A DNA stretch of 62,165 bases, filler included, from Gonapodya sp. JEL0774 (lineage: Eukaryota): assembly GCA_027604505.1 (NCBI GenBank). It is 2 parts of 2 records of this genome, joined end to end, with 100 filler letters (N's around TTAATTAATTAA, not from the genome) between each part and the next. Parts side by side here need not be neighbours in the genome. Positions count along the whole stretch, not along the records: positions 31,399 to 62,165 come from JADIIX010000203.1; 1 more part is not named here. One strand, 5' to 3'. Below the pieces are notes generated by a model that searched no databases, had not been told where the DNA came from, and saw only the letters and a program-made list of their open reading frames with translations. The first letter of the stretch is position 1. Each line of letters opens with the position of its first letter. The translations under genes and the position numbers were made by a program. Below, piece by piece: positions 32,680-45,900 of the stretch.

Positions 32680-34390
32680 ATGACAACCAACTCACCCACA
32701 TCCACCGGGAATGCAATCAATGAAGATGCGCGAGACACTGCCGGGTGTCCTGGAAGCTCTAAAAAACCAGGAAGCTCAAGCTGCAGCCCTGTCGAGCCCA
32801 CACATTTTCCGTCATCTGCCTTGCCTCTGTCCGCTCAATCCGCCCTCCTGAGGCACAGGACTCTTGGCGGCACAAGTGACATAGATGAAAGTTCCGGGAA
32901 TCTGGTGACAGAAGGGCACATTATGGACTCGCCAAAGGATCGAACAACTGCGTTCTTGGAGTCTTCGACCACGAAACCGAATCCTTCGACACCAGTTGCC
33001 ACCACAGATGCCTCCGTTATCCCTTCTTTGCTGTCAGTACATGATGCCACCGCAGGCTTGTCGGGCGACTCCTCAGTTCTAGGTGCTTCGTCGCCCTCGA
33101 CGTCCATACATCCCCCAATTCAATGTGAAACTGGGAATGGTGGATCGTCATCGTCACCGTCCACCTCGCCATCAATTACACCGTCACCAGAAAGGGCAGT
33201 GGAGGCCCGAGTTGCCGAGGAAGTTCCCGGCGGATTGCCACAAGAGGAAGGAGGCGAGTTTGAGTGCAATATATGGTTGGTTTTTGTTGTATTCTGGAAA
33301 AACTCATCTCTGATTAATGTACAATGGGATATGCGCTTTGGAGCGTCGTTTGCGCGCTTGGGAATTGTGGTGGAAGTGCTAGCTCATCGCTATCCTCGCG
33401 GTGTTGAGGGCATTGCGAGCGAACCGCATTGTTTAGTTGTTGATAGTGCACGTGCTTTTCTTCCGACTCTTTTTCTGTCTGATGTCCTCTTCGGTTCTTT
33501 CCGTCACTTATGTTTCACAGCTTCGAAGTTGCTGGTGATCCCGTCGTCACCGTGTGTGGCCATCTCTTCTGCTGGTCGTGCCTTGCTCAATGGCTGGAGC
33601 GTGCAGGTCCCGGTATGTCCGGGGTGTGCCCGGTATGCAAGGCTGGTGTGAAGAAGGAGACTGTGAGTGCCAGCAGCAATCTAAAAGAGGACACGTTGTG
33701 CGTCGTGGCGACCGTGAAAATGCGAATGTATCGCACATGTTTCTTCATTCATAAGGACTCTTGTTAATCCGTGGAGATTTGGAGATATTGCGTTTCTGCG
33801 TGTGGTCACCTTCAATACCCTTAGGTTATCCCTCTTTATGCCAGAGGTTCCCGCAAATCTGACCCGCGGCTCCGCACTGAGACTCCTCGCCCATCTGGCC
33901 AACGACCTGAACCGGATCCTCCACCAAACCACAATCTCCGTGCACCTTTTGGTCTCCTTGCGGGCCCACATTTCCAGGGCAATTTTGGGAGTCAGCATTT
34001 TGCAATGGCCAGTGGATTGGGACTGTTCCCAGGCCTGTTTGGCATGGAAATGGTGAGTCGCTGAAGCCAACTACACAGTATGTAATGGGGCGACCGTGAT
34101 CCGGAAGCCGCCGAAGGATCGAGTGGAGAATATCGCGGAGTCAGAGAGATCTCTTTCCCTTTGTCTGATTTGGAACGATCCTACCTTCCTAGAACTTTGG
34201 CACCCCGTTGAGAAGTCCTACAGCCAGCATTTCTCAAACGGGAACCGGCCGAACGTCGTCCCCGTCTCGAAACATGGCTTCTGCAGTGCATCCCGAGGCG
34301 ATGCGTGACTTAGTGTCACAACAGCAATTTGTTTCCAGAATCTTCATTATGATTGGAATTTTGACTCTTGTTACAATCATCATGTCATGA
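32680..34390 (+). CDS. RNF5: RNF5/RNF185 (RMA1-like) tail-anchored RING E3 ubiquitin ligase
   Basis: Spliced [32 protein letters not shown]...CPVCKAGVKKETVIPLYARG...DPR...PRPSGQRPE, then GLFP, and C-terminal TM QQFVSRIFIMIGILTLVTIIMS*. Confidence 0.88.
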
Positions 34391-34630
34391 ATGGTCATAG
34401 TCACTTTAGGGTAGCAATGGACCCGATTGAAACACGCGCTTTCGAATACTCAATGATCGTGAAAAAAAACCTCGTCGGATTTGTATAATTCCATTAAGAA
34501 CATTGTGAGGACTGTTCATTGTGCAAAATCGAGTTGAATGCTCCTCACACTATTTGTGGGAAGCTTTCCCTGCCACTCCCCAACTCCCTGATTGTGTTGC
34601 CGTGGGAGAAACGACCAAATCACCTCAACC

Positions 34631-37600
34631 ATGGCACACGCGCTTGCGCGTTGGCTGAATACGGACGTCCGACTGACGCTCGACGGTCCAATTGCTCCTG
34701 AAGAGATTGACGCCGAGTTTGCAAACGGTTTCCGTTTCGCCGAGATTCTCTCTTTTCATGGCATCGCCGAGGCTTCTTTGAATCAAATCGTGAACTCTTC
34801 AAAGCCCGACGTTGCAATCAGAAATTTTACTGTCCTCGAACGAACTCTTCGGGAGAGATTGGGAATCAATATATCGTCGTCCTTCGCGTTCGATATTATC
34901 CGCTCTCGTCCTGGAAACGCTGTTAAACTGCTCTATCAGGTGAAATCTGCGCTCGGTCGATTGGCTGCTCAGGCCAGGACAATGGAGGAACCTCCGACGC
35001 ACTCCGCCAACAACGAGAATGTCGCCATGATCGAACCCATTCATCCTGAGAAGATCGAGGACTTTGACCTTGAGACCCAAAACTTTAATGTACCTATTAA
35101 CCGGGGAGATGGGCCGACCGTTGTAGCCAGCGAAGCACCTGCACAGATAGACACTGCAGGATTATCGCTGCATTCGTCACATCCTCATCGCACTCATACC
35201 ATCCGCACACAAACGCGTGAAAAAAGTTAGTTTTCGCTAACTCTTTCAGAAACCTCCGGGGCATTGATTTGGAGGAGAGGGTGAAGACTTTTGATCTTCT
35301 ACACCCTTCTGTACATGGGGATTCCGTAATGAACAGGTTTTGTCTCGACAAGCAGTGCAAATGAACTGATCAGAGCCTACCCACATGTTCTGTCGCTGTA
35401 AAATGGATTTCGCCAAGTTTGCTTCAAACAATGCTGAGACCTCACCCTGACGGGTTCATTTTCCATGTGTAGGCTCGACCAAGCTCCCCAAGCCTTCGCT
35501 TCCGCCTCCCCCAGTGCCGCACCCTGTACAAGCTGCGTTCTTAGAGCGTGAACATGCCTTTTTTGCCGAGCGTCTGAAGGCAAAGCTGAAGAGATCAGAC
35601 GAAGCAACGTTGGAATCGGACCGGAACAGGCTGAAAGCGGAGAGGGAGAAGGCAGCTGTGGTAAGTTTCTTGGAACTCGAGTGGTCTAATGTTTTTTGTA
35701 ATGGAGGACAGAATGCTTTCGTACGTTTTGCTACTCGTCACATGCATAATGTATCGCCCGATCCCTCCTCTCGCAGAATCCAGCAGTTTACACTGGTCAA
35801 TCCATATTCCGCACGAATTCCACACCGTCTAATCGTCCACCTCCTCCCACAACCGCAGTAGCTTCATCCTCAGCGCATGACCGACAAGTAAAGGCTCATA
35901 AACCTGCAAGGAAGCCACCACCTTATGACCGATCACATAACAATATTTTTCACTTTATAGAGGAGCAGAAAGTTGCTAAAAACGTGAAAAGGGAAGGGGA
36001 CGAAACGATTAAGACGGCAGAAGGCGAGGTGGGTGTCGATCACTATCCCACAAAAGCGTTCTCTTACTCTCATCTGGGTGCTGATGTCCCGATAGGTCAA
36101 GAAAAGGCAGATCTCGGAGGCTTTGCAACTTGATATATTGTCGTTCGAGCGATCGCTCAATGGGCGCGTCGCCATCACGAGGCCTGTTACAATCGTGGGA
36201 ACTGAATCCATCAAAACATCACTAACATCGTCAACGCTGTGCTCTACGCTCGATCTTTCACCGATATCTCAAAGCTCTAAATCAGCACAAGAGGCTCAGC
36301 TTAAGGCACGACTGATGCAGAGGAAGCTCGCTCAGCTTGAAGGTGGAAGAAAAGAAGGAAAGGAATTCGTGGAAAGTTTAAGGGTGCGTTGAAAATGATC
36401 CATTCCCAGGGTCATTGTCATACTAATACTCGAAATGCGATGCTCCTCTTCCATCCAGGCAAAGAAAGTGGAAGAGGAGGCTTCTCGCCGTGAACGAGAG
36501 CAGCGTAGGAGAAAGGAACTTCTCATGCAACAGAGAGAACAGGAGCGCGTTGATTCTTTGGCGGTCGAGGTTATGCTGGTGTCCAAACTCACGAAGATGT
36601 CAAAGCAGGAAAGGCGAATTGCACAACAGTATGGCTACTTCCTCACGTCTTGCGTGGCCGATTGGTAATTTGTGTTCGTTTCTTGCAGGCTTCTTCAAGT
36701 GCGGCATGAAAAGGAAGTTATGCGCCAGAATCGGATATTTCGCGAGGCACAGTATGCTCTCCGTCGCGAGCAAGACTTTCAAGAGGCTTTGGCAAGAGAG
36801 CGGGACCTTTCGGCGCAGATTCGAGACCAGCGCCAGCGGAACGCCGTCGCCATAGCCCAGCAGCACAATGAAGTTATGGTGAAGAAAGTCGAAGCCAAGC
36901 GGAAGAGGCACATTTTAGCTTGTAAGGAGGTTATGTGCCAGATTGTGGATTTAGCTCTCAAGGTATGATATTACGTTTGAAAGGCTTAGTCAAGTGCATA
37001 TGCAATCAGTCTGCGCCTCCTTCAGGTATCAGAACAGCGTATGCTAGCGGACGGTATTGTTCATCCAAACCTTCTTCGGGAATGGAAGACCCTTTTCGTT
37101 GCCGGGAAACCTGTCCATAGGCTGTGCGAGTTGGACCTTCCTCAAGACCGCCTTGGGCTAGAGCGAGCGTTGCAGTTCCAGCCTTCACAGGGGCCATCGT
37201 ACGAAGGGGTGGAGTTGCCAGAGACCTCCACGATTCTAGACGAATCGGAGTTGAACGACTACCTTGCAGAAACGGGCCTCTGGCCCTCGCCCACGGCGAA
37301 GGCGGGGCTGCAGCTTCCCTCTTTACCAGCGAGTAATGAAATTCTTGGTAGGATAGTCCAGCATGTTTTCGACATACTCGCCGAACCAGAACCAGCGAGC
37401 AATGAAGCTCTTGTACCAGCCGCTCCACTGAAGCTCGCCGTGATAGGGAAGCCTTACAGCGGAGTAGAGGTGGTGGCCGCGAAGTTAGCTGGGGATTATG
37501 GATTGCGACTCCTGACTGTGGATCACCTCATTAAAGAGGCTATCAGGTGTGTGCGATCAGATCTGTCTTTTCGATCTCGCGTTGAACACCTGACGTTTCT

Positions 37601-40600
37601 ATCGCTGAAATAGTTCAGTTGCTAAGGATATCGATGCAAGTAAACTGAGAGTTGGACAGAAGGGTGCCACCCCCACCAAAGAACGGAAGGACGGTCGCGG
37701 AGTGATCGCTGCAAAACTTCAACTGACACTCCTCGAGGGCCGCAGCCCGGACGATGTTCTCGTAGTCGCCCTAATCATGGATGCAATTAATCAAATTAGC
37801 AGTCCCACTGAGGGCACTCCACCAACTGGTTGGATTATTGCGGATTTCCCTCGGAATCGGAACCAAGCACAGCTATTTGAGAGAGAACTTTCGGGGTGAG
37901 TCATTTGGCCATGGCCGGAGGTCTTCTGAGGCAAAACACCACGAGAATCACATGAAGTGGGGCCCGAAGCCCTTGTCTTGAATTTTACGCGCTCCAATGA
38001 AAGTCTGTGGCTGAGTCTGACAGGCACGCACAGGAGGAGTCGAAGATGGCTTCCTGGATGTCCCAGGGACCTCCCAGAAAATCGTTACCGTACAAAAAAC
38101 TCATTCCTGATCAATTTTTCTTGCTATCTGCTCTCAGTTACGAGGACCCAAAGCCCGTGAAACCTGGGAACCTAAAACGTTCAAAGGACAAACGACTTCT
38201 GCCTGATGTAACAAAGGACATGGAAGCAAAACCCATAAAGGCAAAATCGTTGCTTGCCCCCAATAATTCAGATGGTTTGCCCAATGATGACTTGAGACCC
38301 ACAAGTGGTCTGGATGCAGTCATCCTGCTGGATGTGGACAATGAAACCGCTTTCAACCGAGCATCCGGTCAGCTTATTGATCCCGAAACAAAAACTGTAT
38401 ACCATTTGGACTATAATCCACCTTCATCTGAAACTCCTGTCAGTGTAAGCTCACAATTCTATCAAGTGCATTAAAATTAGACACTCCTTCTACAAAACTT
38501 AGGGATTGCTTGAGAGGCTTGTCCCTGTTGGCGACACCGATCAACTCCACGTCAAGATGGCCGCTTATGAAGATCAAGAAGAGCTTATCCGAGACTGGTA
38601 TTTCCGATTTAGAAATTTACATGTGAGTCCTCCGACGACCGCTCTCTCCGGGCAAAACTGTGTTCGGTGTTTCACCCTTCATCCTCCGCCATTAGCTCAT
38701 CGATGCGAGAACCATTCCTGATTCGGTGCTAAGCACGGCAAGGCAAATTATCAGAGAGGTCGTGCAAGAGAAGAATAGAAAACTCGCAGAAGACAAACAG
38801 GCGGATTCACAAGACGATGTACCACCAGAAGCAAAAGCAGACGGTGAGCCAGTTTTGCCAAGACCGGTACACCTCTTTGCCTTCATTGATGTTTTGGCTG
38901 CGAAGTAAATGCTCGGGATCTGACCGCTGGTGGTGATCCAGGTCAGTCTGTGTTTGTCTTAGTTTTTGGAGTCATGTTTATTACAAGCTTTACGAGCACT
39001 TTATCGTTTGCATCACTCGTGACCGAAAGATCAAAGTACTAAAAGCGCTTCTCCCGGTGAGCAAGGTTTGTCACTCGTGGGAATTTCTGTTGGAACTCGA
39101 AGCACTTTCACACCAGAAGGAGACCAAATAGAACCTTCCGTTGACTCTGAAAAAGGCCAAGATGATGTATATGCAAGTCCTTTCAATCGGGAAGTCGCAT
39201 CAGATGGTTTGAAATTGCCCGCACGCGGAATTGCTGAAGTTCTTGCAGATGGTGCAGTTTCTGTTTTCGCAAATTGTCTTGACATTTGGAATAAGCAATG
39301 TATTCTTCAATTCGTTGACAAAGCTTGGAGCACCACGGAAACCGCATTCGTAGATGCCATGAAGTTCAGCTTTCGATCACTTAGGCGAGAACGAGAAGCA
39401 GCCACGAAGTACTTTTTCGAAGCAAAACGAAACTTTGCAAAGTTTTTGGATCGTCCCGATCGCAAGCAAGACCTTGTCGAAGTGTTTCAAAAGGAATATA
39501 ATGAGATCGAAGATGACTTGCGGTGTGTTGCGCAGTCTACATTCTCATGGAAAATTTTAGTGAATTGCGTATTTCGCAGGACTGACCCTGAAGCGAAGGC
39601 AGAGCTACATATGCGTGCCGATGACCTGCGAGATCAACTTTGGGATCTGACGGATCTTCGACGAGATGATGCGGAGTCCGAGAGGGTTGCAATAATTTCG
39701 GACAAGTGGATTGAGGATCACTACCTGATTGCGGTCGGCGTTTTTATTGGAATGATGCAAGCTGAGGTCGACAGGTTCCTTGGAACGAAGCAGTTGGCTA
39801 TCGACTATTTTAAAGATGCGTATAGCACGGTGAGGCATAAAGCGCGATCAGTTTCACGGGATCATCAATTTCTGCTGACACCAACGAACGGTCTTAGGCG
39901 AACGTAGGAGGTGCTAATAAGGTTGGTGAAGATATGTCTCCACTATCGGCATCATGCAAACATCGGCATTTTGAGCAGGTTGCTGAGGATGCGGTTTTAC
40001 CTCAAGTGAAATTGCCCTTGCAGCCAATCAATTTGAACCCTCCGATAGATCTAGCAACAATTCTACCTTCACCAAAGTTGACAAAGACAGCAACCAAGGA
40101 CGGGAGTGCAGGAAAACGCTTAGCGAAGGAGAAACATGTCATGGCCACGACACCGAGCCTACAGAATATGGATGATGACTTTTGTTCCCCCGAGATTGAC
40201 GCTGCATACCAGGTGGCCATCAATTCAATTCACGTAAAGTTGATGCTGAAAGACGCACCACCTCCTGAACCGGAAAAAAAGGATACCAAAAAGAAGTCAG
40301 ATAAGGCAGAAGCCGCCCAAGAAACTAAACGTGAGCTTTGGATGTTTGTGTTACCCATTCAGTGGTGTAGTGAAAGGAATCCGTGTTTGCCGTAGCGGAT
40401 CTGGACCTCGATCTTCCGGACGACTACTTCAAACTCATCGAGTTTGAAGAACAGTTGTTGAAACGCCACCTGGACCGAATACGATTGCGTGCGCTGGATC
40501 ACATAAAAGTGAGTGCTTGTTTTGTCGATCACCGTATCACCGCTGTTAAGAACCTAACAGAACATTATTTAGGAGTTAAAGGCGCGAGGAGTTGAAGTGT

Positions 40601-42213
40601 TCACACTTCTAGATGAATGGTTAAACTCGCGGTATCAATCTGAATTGGAAGCAATCAAAGAGATAATCACAACTGTCAAGGAAGCAATTGAATCTGAGGT
40701 CCGCCTACCCAATGAGCTTTTGCTTCATGGCGACAAGTTCAGAGTCAATTCCGGTGTACTTTCTTTTGAGCTTGAACCAGAACGTCGACCCCCAACTCCC
40801 CTGGAGAAAACTGGTAAGATTTTAATCTTTGATCTGTATCCTATCGTGCCTTGGTTTTATGGTGGCGTCTTGGTTAGGACCGGACCACTTTTCAGCCCTT
40901 CAAATACTGAATCTTTCATCGCAACTTTCAGAAATCGCCAGATCGGGATTCATAGCTGCCGCTAGTCTGGCGAACTTCATTTCCAAGTTGTCTGCGACTT
41001 CCGTGAGTATACCTGTCTTGCCTATATTGAATACATGGCATTGACACGTCAAACATAGACGGCAATCGAATTAGTCCCAGAGAGCTGGTCAACCGGGGAC
41101 AATAGACCAGTCGAAAAGGTATCCTTATCTCCTCGTTCTTGGCACACCACTTTTCTGTAAACATGCGTCTATTCATTGTTCTTGGCAGATAATCGCATTG
41201 TTGGACCCCTTTGAAACAGGCTCAGTGAACTGGCGAGAATTTTTGGTCTTGTGTGCCAACATCCTTCCGGGACCTGACGCCGAATATTGGACATCACTCA
41301 AGGGGAAGTATCAAGCAGTACCATCTTTTGCAAGTGGAAAGGTGAGATTTGTCCTTCCTTTCTGATGTTTTATGTGAATGGAGAATAAACTTCCGAGCAC
41401 TTGACGACATCAGATTTCGAAACCAGATTATCACAGTGTCTCGTTGTGGTTTGAAGAGGGACTGGGTGACTTTGATGGAGATGAACTAAAATTCAACCGA
41501 CCTGCCAAGATAAAGGATGTTCTGTTCTGTGGGTACCTCTCAGTATCGTGCAAACAATACGTCGCTGACAAAATTCACAGTCGTGTTCGCACAATCTCAA
41601 CACGAGATCTCCGGTATCGTCTCTACAGCTTCCGAAACTTCCAAGAGCGAGCCCATCTTAGCCCATCCTGGAGACTCGAAAGAATCAGGAAGTTCAGAAA
41701 ATCCCGAGGATACGCCTCCAAATATTGCCGCTACAAAGGTCGGGGAGGCAATGAAAGAAACCAATCCGAGAAGTGACGAGAAAGTTTTTGACGTGGAGAG
41801 TTTCATGTTGTGTTGCTGTCGCGATGAATCCCCACAAGCGGGACTTGCCAAAGCGTTTGCAATTGTTGGGAACGAGCAAGGGGTGAACTTAAACGAGCTT
41901 TTTAAGTTGCTTCACAACTCTGTCGATTTAGTTGGAGAGGCTCATCTTCGGTGGACTGTGGAAACGGACTCCCCGGACCCTCTATCGAAGGTTTGGGACT
42001 TTCATTTGCATCCCCTCCGCGAAGCACATCTTAATCAGCCGTTGTGACTTCTTTCAGGAGGTTCTCGCGCAAATTTATTCATCCGATTCATTGCAGTCCG
42101 GGAGCCAACAGAGAGCAGGCGATGACGAGCGTATCTGTGCAGATTATTTCATTGCGAGAGCGGAGTCTGTTGGGCTCAATGTCTTCCCATTGTTTCAATT
42201 GATAGAATCTTAA
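34631..42213 (+). CDS. SPEF2: Sperm flagellar protein 2 (SPEF2/KPL2/CPC1), central-pair protein; multi-exon
   Basis: N-terminal CH domain (LARWLN...EFANGFRFAEIL...NFTVLERTL...AVKLLYQVKSAL). Coiled coil SKQERRIAQQLLQVRHEKEVMRQNRIFREAQY. REWKTLFVAGKP. Adenylate-kinase-like GKPYSG, GWIIADFPR, DPETKTVYHLDYNPP. DPEAKAELHMRADDLRDQLWD. EF-hand-like LDPFETGSVNWREF. Internal exon boundaries were not all resolved. Confidence 0.88.
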
Positions 42214-42229
42214 ATTTCTACACTGTACT

Positions 42230-42829
42230 CTATGCCAACGAGACTTTGCGTCCAGACTCATTGCGAACTAAGAACTTGTCGAAGTGCCATTCAATTTCAT
42301 TGTCCCTACGGCCTTTCACCTCCACACTGGCGTCGCCGTGAGATCCATACACCCAGAACTTGCAGTCAACAAGTCCCTTGGTCTCCGTTACCGTCCCTGA
42401 GACATCTAAGTAGGAGGAATACATCCGCATCGAAGGGTTCAATTGAGAATTGACAACGCTTGCAAGAACCCGCGCTCACGTCCAAATCTTCCGAGTTCAA
42501 TGTTGGTCCCAAGCATTTGCTCCGTGCGTGGGTCACTTCTTAATCGGAACATCACGAGCTTGAATATTGGTGTTGTCCGCTTTTCGAACATGTAGCTGTT
42601 GTCAAGGGATCGCCGGCAGGATATTCCGCAGAGAGAGAATCAGCGTTTGATTCTGAATAGAACATCCATAAAAACTCTTGATGGAATCGCCACTGATCGA
42701 GGAAACTCACTACCAGTAGAGACTGCCAATCCAGACTGTACCCAGCGCGATTCCAACATTTCTGTACGTTTTTCGATCACTCTTGCCCAGCCGGTTTAAG
42801 AAACCCGGTATTGCTCTTGGGAGGGACAT
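42230..42829 (-). CDS. COA1: Cytochrome c oxidase assembly factor 1 (Coa1, Tim21-like); 3 exons
   Basis: In-frame exons 42829-42711, 42595-42480, 42405-42230. Basic presequence-like N-terminus, TM VGIALGTVWIGSLYWYYMF, MFRLRSDPRTEQMLGTNI, VSGTVTETKGLVDCKFWVYGSHGDASVEVKGRR. Confidence 0.75.
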
Positions 42830-42929
42830 GTGATCGATGGTGTGTTGGGACACTCGAACAATAAATCGATCATTCAGATACTCGTACACAGAAAAACCAC
42901 TAAAATAATTTGCAATCTACCGGTATATT

Positions 42930-45900
42930 TCACCAACTCTCAAACCTATCAAGCAAAACGGACTGGTCTCGCAGATCTTTCTGTGCCTTCTTGCGCATGT
43001 AGAATATAGGACAGTCTTTTGAAGTGCAAATGACATCTTGGTGCAAGCTTCCCTGGCACCGTTGGCACTGTGTCCAAAGACGCGCAAACCGTGTTTCGAG
43101 GTCATTCATGGTGTCCAACTAATCTTGGTGCTTAGTGACACTCTTTTCCGTGGAAAATGGCGAGGAGTGAGCTCACCTGCTTTGCATATAACTCTCCCAT
43201 TCGTGGCTTACAGTAACCACAGACAGCAGTTTCTGTAAAGCAATAGCACAGTGAGAAGTATCACTTAGATATATAATCACATCGCAACTCTACCATCAGC
43301 ATTCAAAGGGGTCTTGCACCCGAGGCATGTTGACGTTTTGACGGCAAACCTCATAAGGCCACCAACGCTAGGAGCTGAGACCTGAATGACTCGGGTATGG
43401 TCTCCATCTGAAGAATTTTCTGATGTTAGGAACTGACAGTTCGGTGCTTAGGATCTCAGACCTCACTGAGTAAACTCTTCACTTTGTCCCCCAATATCGG
43501 TTCGTAAAGTCTCTCTAAAGGCCCAGATAATTGGTTGTTTAAGTAATATTGTGTATCAATGGGCAGGTTGTTCTCCAGAACATAGATGGGATCCTCTGAA
43601 TTTTCATACGCCCTTGAATCTAACACACAAGCGAAGTGCGCAACAGGATGACATATGAAGTAATTAATCATGTTTCACCTTTGGTTCCTTTGACAAATAC
43701 ATAAGCGACACGATCGCCTAAGTTTGGTGCCGATCCGGGATCCCTTTTGCGCATCCGTTCTGCCAGCTCAACATGCGCCTGCTTTGCAGTATAGTCTGGA
43801 ACAATGAATCTCAATCGATGGAGAATCCAGCAAGCACGCAAATCCAAAAAAATTCAAAAAACGTACCCTGCTTAGTAAGTTGTTTGGTTAAAACCAGCTG
43901 GGACATATCTATCTTATTTTGCAGAAGATCAGATATGATTTGCTTTGTGTACCTGTGTGTTTGGAGTTGGTACTTTCAACTCCGCGATGGGAACTGTCAT
44001 ACGAAAAAACTCACGCGACTGCACCAGCGACGTCTCTCTCCACCAGGATTTTCCGGAGGGATGTCTCGAGCAGATTCTGAACTAGAAGACAGCTGTCCCG
44101 CCGTACTGTTTCTATTCCCTTTGTGTCCATTTTGTCGTACTTGCTGGGATTCGTCCAGTACAAACCCGCATAACGTTTTTTGTTGATGAGCAGATAAGGG
44201 AAGTAAACCTTTTCGAATTCAAGGTTAATTGGTTTCACAAAGTGTTTCGTGACATGTTCGGCAGCTTCACGCCCTAAAGAATGCACAATCCAAATGCCAG
44301 GAATATTTTGTACGCCTCTGAACCCATAGCTCACCGAGTTTCATTACTTCAGTCATATCTTCCCCACCAAACTTAACCATCACAGAGTCTGTATCACCAT
44401 AAATGACCCTTGCATTGTGAGGATATCCATTAGAAATTGAGAACTTCTCCTCTACAAGTAATCGAGTTTGTTCAATCATTGTTCGTCCATATGCAGTGAC
44501 AGACTGTGATATTTCAACGCAAGGTAGCCGTCCATTTGTTGCTCCCGTGAATCCATAGACTGAATTTGCACTGATCTGTTTGGAACGGATCCCATAAATC
44601 CATCGAAGTTATCACTTTTTTTCTCCGACTGGACTTACTTTCAAGGCTAGCTGACGACCATCTAGAACAGCACGTCTAAAGGGATCCCTCTCATTCTTGA
44701 GCTCTGCCTTGGCCCTTTTGCGCGCAGACAGCAAATTCTCTAAAACTGTTGCTAAGAGTCCTTTCCTCAAAGTGGGCTTCACAAACATATCTGCCACCAA
44801 AATTGTAGCGCAAATATGAAACCAAAGGAGCATCTAAAAGCACACACCGTTTGATGGGGTAACAACGTAATCTTTATCTTTCTCCAAGTTGTACTTCTGA
44901 ATGAGGTCCGAAGTAATGAGCGTTGAATAACAGAGATTATGTGCCATCATGATCGATGGATAAAGAGAATTGAAATCAAGAGTTGCGATCGGGGTGTCAT
45001 AGTAACCCCGCTCAGGTTCTATAACAGTGGCTCCCTCATATTGCTCTTCACCACCTTTTCAAAGTTCAATTGGAAACTACAATGAAAACTGGCAGAGGAC
45101 GTTAGCTTACCTTCTGACTGCATTGCTGGTATAACCAAGTCCTCCTGCAAAGCTCTGCGGTACAATTGTGAAATGACTTTAATCTGCTGTCCACGAGTTA
45201 ACAAGTAGTTCATGGGAACTCCGGTCACCCTTGCCATTTCAATGTAGTTGATCAAAGACATGAGTTTATCCATTAGCCTTTGAGGAAGCCAGGCATCCTG
45301 TGGGGCAAGAGTACAAGTGAGGTGAATCGGCACGGATATTGAGTTTATTTACACGTACCTTCAGACAGTACACAGCCAATCTCCTCCTGGTCTCTTCATT
45401 TCCATTCTGCAAATCTGTAATTATTGAATGATGAACATCTTCCTTTTGTTCTCCTGGATGATAAGAGCTGACTGAGCAGAAATCCGCTCTTCGACAGATT
45501 GATTTACGGTACCTAAAAAGTGCGCAGAAACTGCATTCAGAGTGTAGGACCGCAGTTTGTGGTCTCGCTGCATAATATTGAGGATGTCAAATTGAATGCG
45601 GCCACTCAAGTTGAGTGCCTTTGAATCCCGTGTTCCCAAAGCTTTTGATGAAAAGTGCTGATCCTTGGCCTCAGTTTTAATTCCTGGGCAATTTGACATT
45701 GGAAGCAAATGCACCTCAAACAAAATGGAAGGATCCATGTGAAGGCAAACTCACCATTAATGCGAGAAAAATAAGGGAACTTGTCAACCTTGAGCTTGGC
45801 AGCACGATCAAGTAGATAAACCCAATCAAAGTTATTAACGTTGTATCCGGTTACAATATCTGGGTCCACCTGATGGAAAAGGATAGTGAGAGATCATTCT

